Assembly: GCA_016192455.1 (NCBI GenBank)
Contig: JACPUC010000019.1
Coordinates: forward strand, 1 to 64,000
From: Candidatus Tectimicrobiota bacterium
Lineage (GTDB): Bacteria; JACPUC01
Direction of reading: 5' to 3'
Length of the DNA: 64,000 nt
A program made the translations under genes and the position numbers. This document shows, piece by piece, positions 42,523 through 52,204 of the stretch (positions are counted from its first letter, which is position 1; each line of letters opens with the position of its first letter). The notes below the pieces were generated by a model. That model was given only the letters and a program-made list of their open reading frames with translations. It had not been told where the DNA came from and ran no database searches.

Positions 42523-44578
42523 CGGTTTTCAAGCTCATCAGGTAGGCGGTCATGGCCGCGGCCTCGGTGTCGCTGATGCCGAGGTTCGGCATGCGCGTGT
42601 GGCGCACGAGAAGCTCAGGCGTCTGCATCATCCCCCGCACCCAGGCCGGCTGCAGCCGCGCCCCGGCGCTGCTGAGGTCCGGCCCCACCCGTCCGCCCCG
42701 CTCGCCGACGCGGTGGCAGGCGATGCACGGGTGCACCCGCGAGAACAATCGTCGCCCCTCTTGGATGAGGGCCTCGGTGCTCTCCTCCTTGCCGGGGTGG
42801 GGACCGAGCCCATCGGCGCGCAGCATGGAGGTGGCGTAGGCGACAAGGACCTCGATCTCGTTGTCAGTCAGGCGGAAATCCGGCATGCGCGCGCTCGACA
42901 GGGGGTTGCGCGGCTGCGGCTCCGCCAGGTAGCGTCGCAGCCAGGCCGGGGTGACCCGGCTCCCCAGCGCCGTGAGATCGGGACCGATGTCGCCGCCCTG
43001 GGCGCCGATGCGGTGGCACGTGAGGCAGCGATACCGCTCCACGACGGCGCTCAACTCCCCCTTATGGAGCATCGTCGGGGCGCGATCAGATGCCGAGGGC
43101 ACTCGATACTTTTGCGGCGGCTTGTGCGGCAGGCTGAGGATGAAGGTCGCCAGGGCATCGGTATCTTCCATGGCGACGTTGGGATAGGGCATCCTGGCGT
43201 CTTCGTAGAAGGTATGGGGCGTCATGATCTTGGCGAAGAGCCAGCTCTCCGCGGTGCGGTTTGCCCCCAGCTCGTTGGAACCGAAATCGAGTTCCTCAAC
43301 GCCTTTCAGCGCGAACTTCGTCAGGTCGGGGCCGGGACTCCCCTTGGGAAGGCCGCGCAGGAGATGGCAGCCGGTGCAGTTGGAGCTCAGCACGATCTCC
43401 CTGCCGCGCTTCCTGAGCTGCTCCTCGGAGGAGACCGCCCCGCCCCCTCGTTCGCTTGGCAGCGCCGGGGGGGCACTTGTGTGCCGGGCTGCGGGTTTCT
43501 CGTCTGCTGCCCTGCTCAGCAGGTAGCTTGCCAGGTTCAGTGCCTCCCGGCGCGAGAAGCGGTAGGCCGGCATGCGCCCGCTGGGCTGCTCGCGGCGGTT
43601 GTCCTGCAGGTAGCCGACCAGCCAGGCGGCGTTCACCTTCTCGCCCAGGGCGGTGAGCGGCGGGCCGATCTTCTCGGGCGCCAGCAGACCCTCCGGTTCG
43701 GGACCGGAGAAGTCATGGCAGGTGCGGCAGGCGGAGCGCTCGAAGAGCTGCTTGCCCACCTCGGCATCCGCCTGGGCGAGCTCCTCGGCGCGCAGCTCCG
43801 GACGGGGCAGGGGCGACCCTGCCGCGGCAGATGCCGCCGGCTCCTCCTCGCTCATCAGGTAGGCGACGAGCGCGTCAAGTTGCTCCTCCTTGAAGCGGTA
43901 GTTCGGCATGCGCGCCGCCGGCCAGACCTGCTGCGGGTCCTGCAGGTAGCGTCGCACCCAGGCGGCGCTTGTCTTCCGCGGTAGGTGATCGAGGCTCGTC
44001 TTCGCCTCGGCCGGCAGCTCCCGGCCGCTCACCGTGTGGCAGCCCAGGCAGTTGAGGCGCTCGAAAAGCTGCTGCCCCCTGACGGCGCGCGGCGCCTCCA
44101 CCACCCGGGGCTGGGCGTGGCAGCCGAGGCAGGGAGCTTCCAGAAAGGCCGCCGGCAGCAGCGGGTACTTCCAGCTCGCCTTGCGGCCGTGCCCGCCGTC
44201 AACGCTTGTGCCAAGGCCATCGCCGCGATGGCACACCGTGCAGCCGAAGGACTCGACCGGATGGAAGCGCAGGAACGGCTCGGGATGCGCCGTGAGCGGC
44301 TGCGGCCAGGCGGCGGCGCGCTCCTCCGTCACGCCGAGGTGGCACGTCGTGCAGCGGTCGAGCACGCCGAGGGCCGGCACGTTGATCTGCGCGATGCCCT
44401 TGACCGCAGCCTCTCCCTTTGCTGCCGGGGCGGCTTGCCCCGTCCCGGCCGCCGGCCGCACCAGGCGCGCGTACTCCTCCTGGTGGCCCACCCAGTCGCG
44501 CTGCCGATCCCTCCACACAGCGAGCAGGATCGCCGCCAGCAGGGCGAAGCTGAAGAGCACGAAGAGGACATACCTCAT
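42509..44578 (-). CDS. Membrane-anchored octaheme cytochrome c
   Basis: N-terminal TM helix; 8 CxxCH motifs (CTTCH, CTVCH, CLGCH x2, CRTCH, CTGCH, CLTCH, CIACH); five RMP distal-Met motifs. Confidence 0.93.
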   Translation of the reverse strand: MRYVLFVLFSFALLAAILLAVWRDRQRDWVGHQEEYARLVRPAAGTGQAAPAAKGEAAVKGIAQINVPALGVLDRCTTCHLGVTEERAAAWPQPLTAHPEPFLRFHPVESFGCTVCHRGDGLGTSVDGGHGRKASWKYPLLPAAFLEAPCLGCHAQPRVVEAPRAVRGQQLFERLNCLGCHTVSGRELPAEAKTSLDHLPRKTSAAWVRRYLQDPQQVWPAARMPNYRFKEEQLDALVAYLMSEEEPAASAAAGSPLPRPELRAEELAQADAEVGKQLFERSACRTCHDFSGPEPEGLLAPEKIGPPLTALGEKVNAAWLVGYLQDNRREQPSGRMPAYRFSRREALNLASYLLSRAADEKPAARHTSAPPALPSERGGGAVSSEEQLRKRGREIVLSSNCTGCHLLRGLPKGSPGPDLTKFALKGVEELDFGSNELGANRTAESWLFAKIMTPHTFYEDARMPYPNVAMEDTDALATFILSLPHKPPQKYRVPSASDRAPTMLHKGELSAVVERYRCLTCHRIGAQGGDIGPDLTALGSRVTPAWLRRYLAEPQPRNPLSSARMPDFRLTDNEIEVLVAYATSMLRADGLGPHPGKEESTEALIQEGRRLFSRVHPCIACHRVGERGGRVGPDLSSAGARLQPAWVRGMMQTPELLVRHTRMPNLGISDTEAAAMTAYLMSLKTDDAQ

Positions 44579-44579
44579 C

Positions 44580-45356
44580 TCACATCGACCCCCACGGCGT
44601 CGTCACCACGTAGTGCACATCCCACAGCAGCCGCAGGGCGATCTTCAGGAAGACGCCGCCCATGAGGGCGAGCAGGCTGACCATCCAGACGTAGCGGAAG
44701 CGTCCCATGCGCGGCAGGAACGAACCACGGAAGCGCCATCCCAGGCAGGCGACGAGGAGGAGGTAGGCGCCCACGACGAGCGCGCCGGCGAGCGGCGAGA
44801 AGCTCCAGCTCTGCGCGGCCCCGTTCTGCCCCTGCCCTGCCGCAACCGCCGACCAGGGCGTCACGAAGCGCCATCCCGCTCCGCGGAACCACGCCCCGAC
44901 GAGGATGAGGAGGAACCAAAACGTCAGGCCGACAGTGAACACGACGTTGCCGAAACGGCGGCTGCGGCGTGGCGTTGGGCTGCGCCCGGTTCTGCGGCTG
45001 TCTTCGAGGAACGGCAGCGACATGAGCCCAAGGACGATAAGGCCGGGAATCACCACGCCGGCCATCCAGGGGTCGAAGTAGACGAGGAGCTCCTGCAGCC
45101 CCACGAAGTACCAGGGCGCCTTGGTCACCGCCGGCGTGAAGGCGGAGTTTGCCTCACCCTCCAGGGGAGCATCGAAGACCACGGAAAGGAGAACGAAGAA
45201 CGCCGTCACCGCCAGGACAGCCAGCAGTTCGAGGAAGACGAGGGTCGGGTAGCTCGGCACCCTGTCGGCCCCATCGGGGCCTTGACGCGCGGCGCCCACC
45301 TCAGTTTCCTCCGCCTCCCCCGAAGCCGCGGCCTCGAGCGGCGCGTTTTCCAGCAT
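44580..45356 (-). CDS. Cytochrome b C-terminal / subunit IV-like protein
   Basis: APLEGEAN..TP..KAPWYFVGLQELL (PEWY-equivalent), LMSLPFLE, extra TM helices. Confidence 0.87.
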   Translation of the reverse strand: MLENAPLEAAASGEAEETEVGAARQGPDGADRVPSYPTLVFLELLAVLAVTAFFVLLSVVFDAPLEGEANSAFTPAVTKAPWYFVGLQELLVYFDPWMAGVVIPGLIVLGLMSLPFLEDSRRTGRSPTPRRSRRFGNVVFTVGLTFWFLLILVGAWFRGAGWRFVTPWSAVAAGQGQNGAAQSWSFSPLAGALVVGAYLLLVACLGWRFRGSFLPRMGRFRYVWMVSLLALMGGVFLKIALRLLWDVHYVVTTPWGSM

Positions 45357-45458
45357 CCTTTTCTCCACCTCCAGGCTCCTCCCCCCAAACCTCACTCCGG
45401 TGGGCGCCGGCAAGGGCTGCAACAAGCACCGCCCTGCTCCCCGCTCGCTTCCCCACTC

Positions 45459-46202
45459 TTAGAGCGGCGTCTTCAGCATGCCGTCCTTCCGCACCCGCCA
45501 GAAGTGCACCATCATGAGGACGATGGCGACGACCGGCAAGACGAAGACGTGCAGGACGTAGAAGCGGATCAGCGAGCTCTCGCCGATGACCCGGCCGCCA
45601 AGGAAGTAGAACCCCACATCGGTGTTGAGATCGACCAGGCTGGCCGGACCCGCGGCGCCGAGGACCGGCATGGCGCGCAGCATGTTCGTGCCCACCGAGG
45701 TGGCCCAGTACGCCAACTGATCCCACGGCAGCAGGTAGCCGGTGAAGCTGAGGAAGAGAGTCAGGACCAGCAGGCTCACCCCTACCACCCAGTTGAACTC
45801 GCGCGGCGGTTTGTAGGCGCGCGCATAGACGACGCGCGCCATGTGCGCAATAACCGTCAGAACCATCCCATGCGCCGCCCAGCGGTGCAGGTTGCGCAGG
45901 AACTGTCCCATGGTCACGGCGTACTCGAGGTCCTTCATGTCGCGGTAAGCGAAGGCCGTCGTCGGACGGTAGTAGAACATCAAGAGGAGCCCGGTGACGG
46001 TCAAGATGATGAAGAGGAGGAAGGAGATGCCGCCCATGCAGAAAGTCGTCGTCAGGCGCAGGCGCTGGCGCGGCAGGGTGGCGGGATGCAGGTGCAGGAA
46101 GAAGTTGTTGCGGGCCGCCTGCTTCTGCTCGCGCGGGCTGCGCGGCAGAGGGCGGCGGAAGACGGCGCGCCAGACCTGGCTGGTGAGAATCGCCTTGCGC
46201 AT
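45459..46202 (-). CDS. Cytochrome b6-like subunit (split cytochrome b)
   Basis: [41 protein letters not shown]...VH; Cys in FCMGG. Confidence 0.95.
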   Translation of the reverse strand: MRKAILTSQVWRAVFRRPLPRSPREQKQAARNNFFLHLHPATLPRQRLRLTTTFCMGGISFLLFIILTVTGLLLMFYYRPTTAFAYRDMKDLEYAVTMGQFLRNLHRWAAHGMVLTVIAHMARVVYARAYKPPREFNWVVGVSLLVLTLFLSFTGYLLPWDQLAYWATSVGTNMLRAMPVLGAAGPASLVDLNTDVGFYFLGGRVIGESSLIRFYVLHVFVLPVVAIVLMMVHFWRVRKDGMLKTPL

Positions 46203-46265
46203 GCCTTGGTCCTTCCGGCTCGCGGGGCGCTCGGCAGAGCCGCAGCGCCACCCTGCCAGCTCCGC

Positions 46266-46862
46266 TCACGCATTGATGACGAAGGGGGCGCGATCGCGCT
46301 GGCCAGGCTGGTTGGCTTGCTCGGGGAGGCGGATGCCGGCAAGCCCGTTGCGCACGAGGAGGCGTCCATCGCGGGTCAGGTGGAGAGGGCTGCGATAGAG
46401 CGGTTCGGGCGCCGGCCCTTTGACCACATCACCCTCAAGGTCGAAGACCGAGCCATGGCAGGGACAGCGGAAGACCTGCTCGCTGGGGGTCCAGCGCGGG
46501 GTGCAGGCAAGGTGGGTGCAGATGGAGACGAGCGCGTAGAGCCGCGCATCACGCCGCACCAACCACACCTTCTGGTCCTCCACCCATTGGGTGTTCACGG
46601 TGTCGGCCGGAAGATCAGCGACGGGGGCGGGACTGAAGGTGGCCGGCGGCTCGTCGACGACGTTCGGCTTCATGAACCGCACCAGGTTGTAGCCGGAGAT
46701 GAGGGAGGCAAGAGAGAGCCCCCCGAAGCCGGTCCACAGGCAGAAGGTGCGTCGATCAAGCTGGCGTGCGGCATTCCCGCGGGGAGAGGAATCCCCTCCC
46801 TGCGGAGACGCCTGCTCCGCTCCCTCCGGCCGAGAGTTAGTTGGTGTTGGCTCTCTGCTCAC
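46266..46862 (-). CDS. Rieske [2Fe-2S] subunit
   Basis: Tat motif DRRTF plus TM helix, CTHLAC, CPCHGSVF, GPAPEPL. Confidence 0.95.
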   Translation of the reverse strand: MSREPTPTNSRPEGAEQASPQGGDSSPRGNAARQLDRRTFCLWTGFGGLSLASLISGYNLVRFMKPNVVDEPPATFSPAPVADLPADTVNTQWVEDQKVWLVRRDARLYALVSICTHLACTPRWTPSEQVFRCPCHGSVFDLEGDVVKGPAPEPLYRSPLHLTRDGRLLVRNGLAGIRLPEQANQPGQRDRAPFVINA

Positions 46863-47304
46863 GACCCGCTCCTCTAGCACCTTACACCTGCGGAGACCAC
46901 TCCTCAGATGGGAAGGAGAGGCCGCCGAGCCGCCGCCGTCCCTGCCGCAACGGAGAGCCCCAGGCGCTCTCCGCCGTCCGCTGCAATGAAGGTAGCTGAA
47001 CGTTCACACGACACCGACCTTAGGCGAGAATGTGTAACCCGAATCTTGCCGGCGCAAGGGCATCTAGAGATCGTTCCGTGGGTCTCCGCCTCTCGGCCGC
47101 CAGGGGTTGCGCCGGCGGGGAAACAGCGCACCCTCGCCGCTGGGTTATGCGGCATCCGGTACCCTCAATCTCCGTCGTTCTGCTCGTTAGACGACGCCCT
47201 GTTCCATCCAGAAGCCCCAGCTTCGCGGCAGCGCGGCGCCGCCGTTTGCCCTATCGCGCTCCCCTTGCGGCCGCGCTGATGGGATGGCCGCCCCCACCCT
47301 GGGT

Positions 47305-47631
47305 TCACTCGACAAGCAGGCGCAAGCCGCGCAGCGCTCGGATGCGCACCACATCTCCCACGGCATGGGCGGTGGCGGCGCGGGCCTCCCACAGCTCGTT
47401 GGCGTAGCGCACCCTGAGATTGCGGCCGCACACGCCGATGACCTCCACCTCCTTGCCGATCATCGCTTCCGAGCCGCAGAGCGACTGCTTCCGCATGACC
47501 TGGAAGACCAGGAGGTACATGGCGACGGCGAGGCTGTTCACGAAGCCGTAGCCGGCCAGCGCCCAGGGCAGCGGCACAATCCAGAAGAGGATGAGACCGA
47601 ACGCCGGCATCCCCAGGAGGACGTGGCACAT
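47305..47631 (-). CDS. Small NfeD C-terminal-like membrane protein
   Basis: MCH start, two TM helices, GSEAMIG...ELWEA...GD.V.I....GL.L.VE OB-fold pattern. Confidence 0.75.
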   Translation of the reverse strand: MCHVLLGMPAFGLILFWIVPLPWALAGYGFVNSLAVAMYLLVFQVMRKQSLCGSEAMIGKEVEVIGVCGRNLRVRYANELWEARAATAHAVGDVVRIRALRGLRLLVE

Positions 47632-47853
47632 GACTCACCCTCAGGCTCTGAGATGGCGAGCGGCTCCGCAACCCAGGTGGTGAACAGGACGCCGCGCGGC
47701 AATCTCGTCGAAGCGCACCATCAGCCTGCCCAGGCGCCTGGCTTGCGGCGGGCCCCTGCCGGTGGGAACGCCATGATCTTGGGCTTGCCAGCGGGCCCGG
47801 CGGAACACCGCCGCAGGTGCCGCCTTCACACTCAGAGCAGCCCACGCCAGCCT

Positions 47854-48429
47854 TCAAGTCTCTTCGAGGAGCTGCTTGATGAAACGATTGATGCCGGGAG
47901 AGGTCCACTCCCGCGGGCCCACGGCGACGGCCACGAGGCGACCGCGCTTGTCGATCAGGAAGCTCTCCGGATGGCCGCTGATGCCGTAGTCTTGCGCCAC
48001 CGCGCTGCGCGTGTCGAGGAGGCTGCGGAAGGTCCAGCCGCGGCGCTGCATCTGCCGCGTCACCATCCCCTCAACCTCACCGACATTGACGGCGAGCACC
48101 ACGAACCGCGGATCATCTTGAAACGTTTCCATCAGCTTTTGAATTGAAGGAGACTCCTTCAAGCATGACTGTCACCAGGTGGTCCGAAAGGTGAGGAAGA
48201 CCACCTTGCCGAGGAAGCTCTGCAGGTCCACGCGGACGCCTCTGGTGTCCTGCAGCGAGAAGGTCGGCGCCGGGGAGCGCGGCTCATACATCTTCATGAA
48301 CACCGCGTAGCCTTCGGCGTTGCGCCGCAGGAGCGCTTCACGCTCGACCACCTTGCGCGCCAGCAGAACCAGGAAGATCAGGATCAACCCCCCCATGACC
48401 CAGACGCCGTAGCCCCGGAAGACGCGCAC
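47854..48429 (-). CDS. TlpA/ResA-like thioredoxin, putative selenoprotein (UxxC; TGA at 48172-48174)
   Basis: ORFs 48172-48588 and 47854-48162 are in one frame. Read-through gives APTFSL...GKVVFLTFRTTW-U-QSC-LKESP...VLAVN...YGISGHPESFLIDKRG...GPREW, a complete TlpA fold. Confidence 0.88.
48144..48162 (-). promoter_or_regulatory. Candidate bacterial SECIS hairpin (TlpA-like gene)
   Basis: UGA-N9-UUGAAGGA-GUC-UCCUUCAA: perfect 8-bp stem, 17 nt between UGA and a loop that begins with G. Confidence 0.65.
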
Positions 48430-48445
48430 CGCAGCTTCACCCGTC

Positions 48446-48940
48446 TTAGTAATCAAGGTGGTGCAACTCCTCTTGTAAACGTTGGCGGTACATGGCCAGG
48501 TGGGCCTCCTGCAGCTCCGTCGTGGAGGCCTTGGGGGACGCATCGGGGCTCTCCCTGCGACGCTTGTTCGACCACAGGAAGAGCACACTGCTGAGCAGGA
48601 ACCCGGCCCCCACCAGGACCGCGAACGGGGTCACCCAGGCGGTGAGATCGAAGCCCCGCTTGGGGGGCGCCGCCAGGATCTTGGCGCCGTACTGGTCGAC
48701 AAAGTAGGCGATGATCTGTTCCTTCGTCTGACCGGCGGCAAGTTTCTCCGTGATGAGCGCCTTGGCCGGCACCGCCCACCCCTGCATCTCGCAGATAGCG
48801 AGAACCTTGTTGCAGCCGCACTGGCAGATGAGGTCGGCGGCCACGTCCTGCATAGTCACCCCTGCGCTCGCCGCATGCCCTGCCCCATGGAGGAGCAGGA
48901 ACGCGACCAAGAGGATGCCGAGCAGCGTGACGGTTCTCAT
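48446..48940 (-). CDS. ccmH: CcmH/NrfF-like cytochrome c maturation protein
   Basis: Signal peptide, LICQCGC, YFVDQYG..ILAAPP..GF..AWVTP, TM helix. Confidence 0.85.
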   Translation of the reverse strand: MRTVTLLGILLVAFLLLHGAGHAASAGVTMQDVAADLICQCGCNKVLAICEMQGWAVPAKALITEKLAAGQTKEQIIAYFVDQYGAKILAAPPKRGFDLTAWVTPFAVLVGAGFLLSSVLFLWSNKRRRESPDASPKASTTELQEAHLAMYRQRLQEELHHLDY

Positions 48941-49512
48941 GGGCGCGACTCCTCTGCTGGGGCTGCGGCGGTGTTCCGAGCGAGCGCGGCGCCGCAAGCG
49001 GAGCAGAGCGTTTCACTCCTTGGCGCCAGGCGCCCGCAGCTCCAGCACGAAATTCGACATGGCGCGCCGCACTGCGTGCAGAAAAAGTTTCCGGCCCGCA
49101 GGAGATGGCCGCAGGAGCGGCAGCGGTCGGCCGGCGCGGCGAGCGACTCCATCTGCGCACCCGCCTCTGCCGAGAAGGCCGGGACGCCCGCCCCTCTCCG
49201 CTCTTCCCCTCGCCGGCGGCGTCGATCCCCCTTGAACTCCCGCGGTCGGGCATCCAGCTCCTGGAGGATCGCAATGGCTGCCTCGGATTGCGCCGCGTGC
49301 AGCTCCGCGAAGTCTTCCGCCGAGAGCTTGCCGGTGAGGTGATCGAGCTCCAGATCCTTCAGGGCCAGCAGGGCCGCCTCCTTGCGCTCCCACAGCTCAT
49401 CGGCGGCGCCCCGCCGGGAGCTCTCCTTGGCGCCCCGGAACCAGCGCGAGAAGGGGTAGCTCACCACGCCGGCCGCAACGATGATGATGGCAAGCTCAAG
49501 CAACACGATCAT
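48937..49512 (-). CDS. Membrane-anchored double zinc-ribbon protein (CcmI N-terminal-like)
   Basis: TM helix, LKDLELD..TGKLS.EDF, four CxxC pairs. Overlaps ccmF and ccmH. Confidence 0.8.
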   Translation of the reverse strand: MIVLLELAIIIVAAGVVSYPFSRWFRGAKESSRRGAADELWERKEAALLALKDLELDHLTGKLSAEDFAELHAAQSEAAIAILQELDARPREFKGDRRRRRGEERRGAGVPAFSAEAGAQMESLAAPADRCRSCGHLLRAGNFFCTQCGAPCRISCWSCGRLAPRSETLCSACGAALARNTAAAPAEESRP

Positions 49513-51581
49513 CAGGCGCCCTCCTCGGAAGCGTTGGGGAAGCCGTAGGCGCGCGAGCTTCGCAGCGCCGCGGCAGGGCTGGCGAGCGCCGGCGCAGCCG
49601 CGTCCCGCGCCGGCTGCCGACCCTGCGACGGGGCGCGCGCGCCACGCAGCTCCGGCACCGGCAAACCGGTGATGAGGGTGCCGAGGATCCAACCCAGGCC
49701 ACCCAGCCAGAGCCAGGAGATGAGGGGGTTGATGACCGCTTTCACGACGATGCGGTCGCGCTCCATCTCAGCCAGGATGACGTAGAGGTCCTCCTTCAAG
49801 GTTGAGCGCACCGCCACCTCGGTGGTGCTTTGCTCTTGCCGGAAGTGGTACTCCTTGCGGGGTTTCAGCGTCCCGAGCGAGGTCCCCCCGCGCCAGACGC
49901 TCAGCGTCACCTCCAGGACCTCCTTCCCCGGCTCGCGCCAGAGGTTGACGGTGTCAAGCTGCAGGCGGTACTCCCGCACGCTCAGGGACTCGCCCCGCAG
50001 CAGCCCAGCTTGGTGCTCCGTCTGGAAGGCGCTGCCGGTGATCCCCACGACCATCATGAGGACGCCGAGGTGGATGACGTAGCCGCCATAGCGCCGGCGG
50101 TTGCGCCCGAACAGCCCGATGAGCGCCTGCGCCCAGCCCGCCCCCTTCATCTGCTGGCGAGCCCGTGTGCCGCGGTAGAACTCGATGATGATCGAGGCGC
50201 CCACGAACGCCGCAAGGCCGAAGCTTATCACCACAAAGGGGTCGCGCAGCCCGCCCAGCACCATGCCGAGCAGCGCCAGCCCGCCCAGCAGCGCCGGCGG
50301 CACGAGGTTGCGCCGCAGGTTGCGGGCCGTCGCCTTGCGCCAGGCGATGAGCGGGCAGATGCCGGTGAGCAGCAGCATGGCCAGGAAGATCGGCGCCATC
50401 ACCTGGTTGAAGAACGGCGGCCCCACCGTCAGCTTCACGCCGCGCACCGCCTCGGAGATGAGGGGGAAGATCGTCCCCCACAGCACCGCGAAAGCGCCGC
50501 CGACGAGGAGCAGGTTGTTGAACAGGAAACTGCTCTCCCTCGAGATGAACGAATCGAGCTGGTGGGCGCTCTTCAGCAGCGGCAGCCGCCACACCAGGAG
50601 GCTCAACGAGCCAAACAGCACAACGCCCATGAAGCCCAGGAGGAGCGGTCCAACCGAGGCCTGCGCGAAACTGTGCACCGAAGTAATGACGCCGCTGCGG
50701 GTGAGGAAGGTGCCGAACAGCGTCAGCGAGAAGGTCGCCATGATGAGCGCCATGTTCCAGACTTTCAGCATCCCCTTCTTCTCCTGGATCATCACCGAGT
50801 GGAGGAAGGCGGTGCCGGTGAGCCAGGGCATGAAGGAGGCGTTCTCCACCGGGTCCCACATCCAGAAGCCACCCCAGCCCAACTCGTTGTAAGCCCACCA
50901 CGAGCCAAAGAGGTTGCCTATGCCCAGGAAGAACCAGGCGAAGAGTGTCCAGTTGCGCGTGCGGCTCACCCACTCATTCCCCACCTTCCCCGCCAGCAGG
51001 GCGCCGATGGCAAAGGCGAACGGAACGGTGAAGCCGATGTATCCCAGGTACAGCGTCGGCGGATGGAAGAACATGCCGGGGTTCTGCAGCAAGGGGTTCA
51101 AGCCGCGGCCATCAGCCGGCACTTGCGCCGCAAGCTCGAAGGGGTTGCTGCTGAAGTTCGTCAACGCCAGGAAGAAGGTCAGCACCGTGAGCAGCACCGG
51201 CAGCACGTAGGGGAAGATGTCGCTCGGTCGCCGCTCGTTCTGCACGATCACCACCACGACCATGAGCGACAGCACCCACACCCAGAAGAGGAGGGACCCT
51301 GCGAGACCGCCGTAGAACGCCGACAACGTGTAGACCAGCGACAGATCGCGGCTGGTGTAGCTGGCGACATACTGCAGGGAGAAGTCCCGGGTCACCAGGG
51401 CATAGATGAGCGCCGCCGAGGCCACGCTGAGCAGGACGCCGAGCATCACGCCGGCGCCAAGGGCGCTGGCGGTGGAAGCCCCGTGCCGGCGTTTGGCGCC
51501 GAGGACCGACACCCCCAAGCCATAGAGTGCCAGCAGGAACGCGAAGAAGAGAGCAAAGCGGCCAAGGTCGATCATGCGCAC
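49512..51581 (-). CDS. ccmF: Heme lyase CcmF/NrfE family
   Basis: GSLLFW, GLNPLLQ..HPP.LYLGY, WAYNELGWGGFWMWDPVENAS, TRSG..SVHSF, HLGV. Confidence 0.96.
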   Translation of the reverse strand: MRMIDLGRFALFFAFLLALYGLGVSVLGAKRRHGASTASALGAGVMLGVLLSVASAALIYALVTRDFSLQYVASYTSRDLSLVYTLSAFYGGLAGSLLFWVWVLSLMVVVVIVQNERRPSDIFPYVLPVLLTVLTFFLALTNFSSNPFELAAQVPADGRGLNPLLQNPGMFFHPPTLYLGYIGFTVPFAFAIGALLAGKVGNEWVSRTRNWTLFAWFFLGIGNLFGSWWAYNELGWGGFWMWDPVENASFMPWLTGTAFLHSVMIQEKKGMLKVWNMALIMATFSLTLFGTFLTRSGVITSVHSFAQASVGPLLLGFMGVVLFGSLSLLVWRLPLLKSAHQLDSFISRESSFLFNNLLLVGGAFAVLWGTIFPLISEAVRGVKLTVGPPFFNQVMAPIFLAMLLLTGICPLIAWRKATARNLRRNLVPPALLGGLALLGMVLGGLRDPFVVISFGLAAFVGASIIIEFYRGTRARQQMKGAGWAQALIGLFGRNRRRYGGYVIHLGVLMMVVGITGSAFQTEHQAGLLRGESLSVREYRLQLDTVNLWREPGKEVLEVTLSVWRGGTSLGTLKPRKEYHFRQEQSTTEVAVRSTLKEDLYVILAEMERDRIVVKAVINPLISWLWLGGLGWILGTLITGLPVPELRGARAPSQGRQPARDAAAPALASPAAALRSSRAYGFPNASEEGA

Positions 51582-51817
51582 GACTCCACCGTCGCCGAGC
51601 TGCCGTGGCGGGCTTGCGGGCGCTGCGCCGACGGCAGGCGGGCATCAGGTAACCTCTTTGCATTGGTGCGGCCGCAGCCGCCGGAATGCGGTCCATGCGC
51701 ACGGGGTCGCGCTCCAACTACCGCCGGGGGATCACCCGAACAGGGAGGGAGCAACCAACGTGGCAAAGATGGAGCGCGGCGGCGGATGCGAGCCCTCGCA
51801 GGGCGAGGCTGCGTCCC

Positions 51818-52096
51818 TTACATGGAGGCGAGCGTGAGGCGAGGAGGTCGGAAGAAGGAGGTGTGGAGGAGGCGCACCCGGGGTGGATGGGCAAGCCACC
51901 GCAACCGGCTGGCGAACAGCGGCCCCAGCACCAGGGGTAGCGCCGCTACGGCAATGCAGCACCCTGCTGGCGCGGGCGTGGACATATGCCCGCTCTCTTG
52001 TAACGTCAGGAGACAGATGTTGAGCAACACCAGGAAGACGCAGAGCGCCAGGATGAGACCCCGCTGCTGGTGGTGGATACGGGCGAGTCTACGCAT
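51818..52096 (-). CDS. Putative DUF2946-like leader peptide (TM helix, His/Cys-Cys, C-terminal FFRPPR)
   Basis: Short ORF upstream of ccmF with LILALCVFLVLLNICLL, GHM..GCC and FFRPPR near the stop. Start uncertain (52096 or 52132). Confidence 0.55.
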   Translation of the reverse strand: MRRLARIHHQQRGLILALCVFLVLLNICLLTLQESGHMSTPAPAGCCIAVAALPLVLGPLFASRLRWLAHPPRVRLLHTSFFRPPRLTLASM

Positions 52097-52204
52097 GCTG
52101 GATCGGCTATCCTGAACTGGAAAGGTGTTCATGTCCTTTAAGATGCGCCGCTGGTCGCAGCGCCTCCTTGGTTCCAGCAACGTCCTCAATGCCGCGTCAC
52201 CGTC

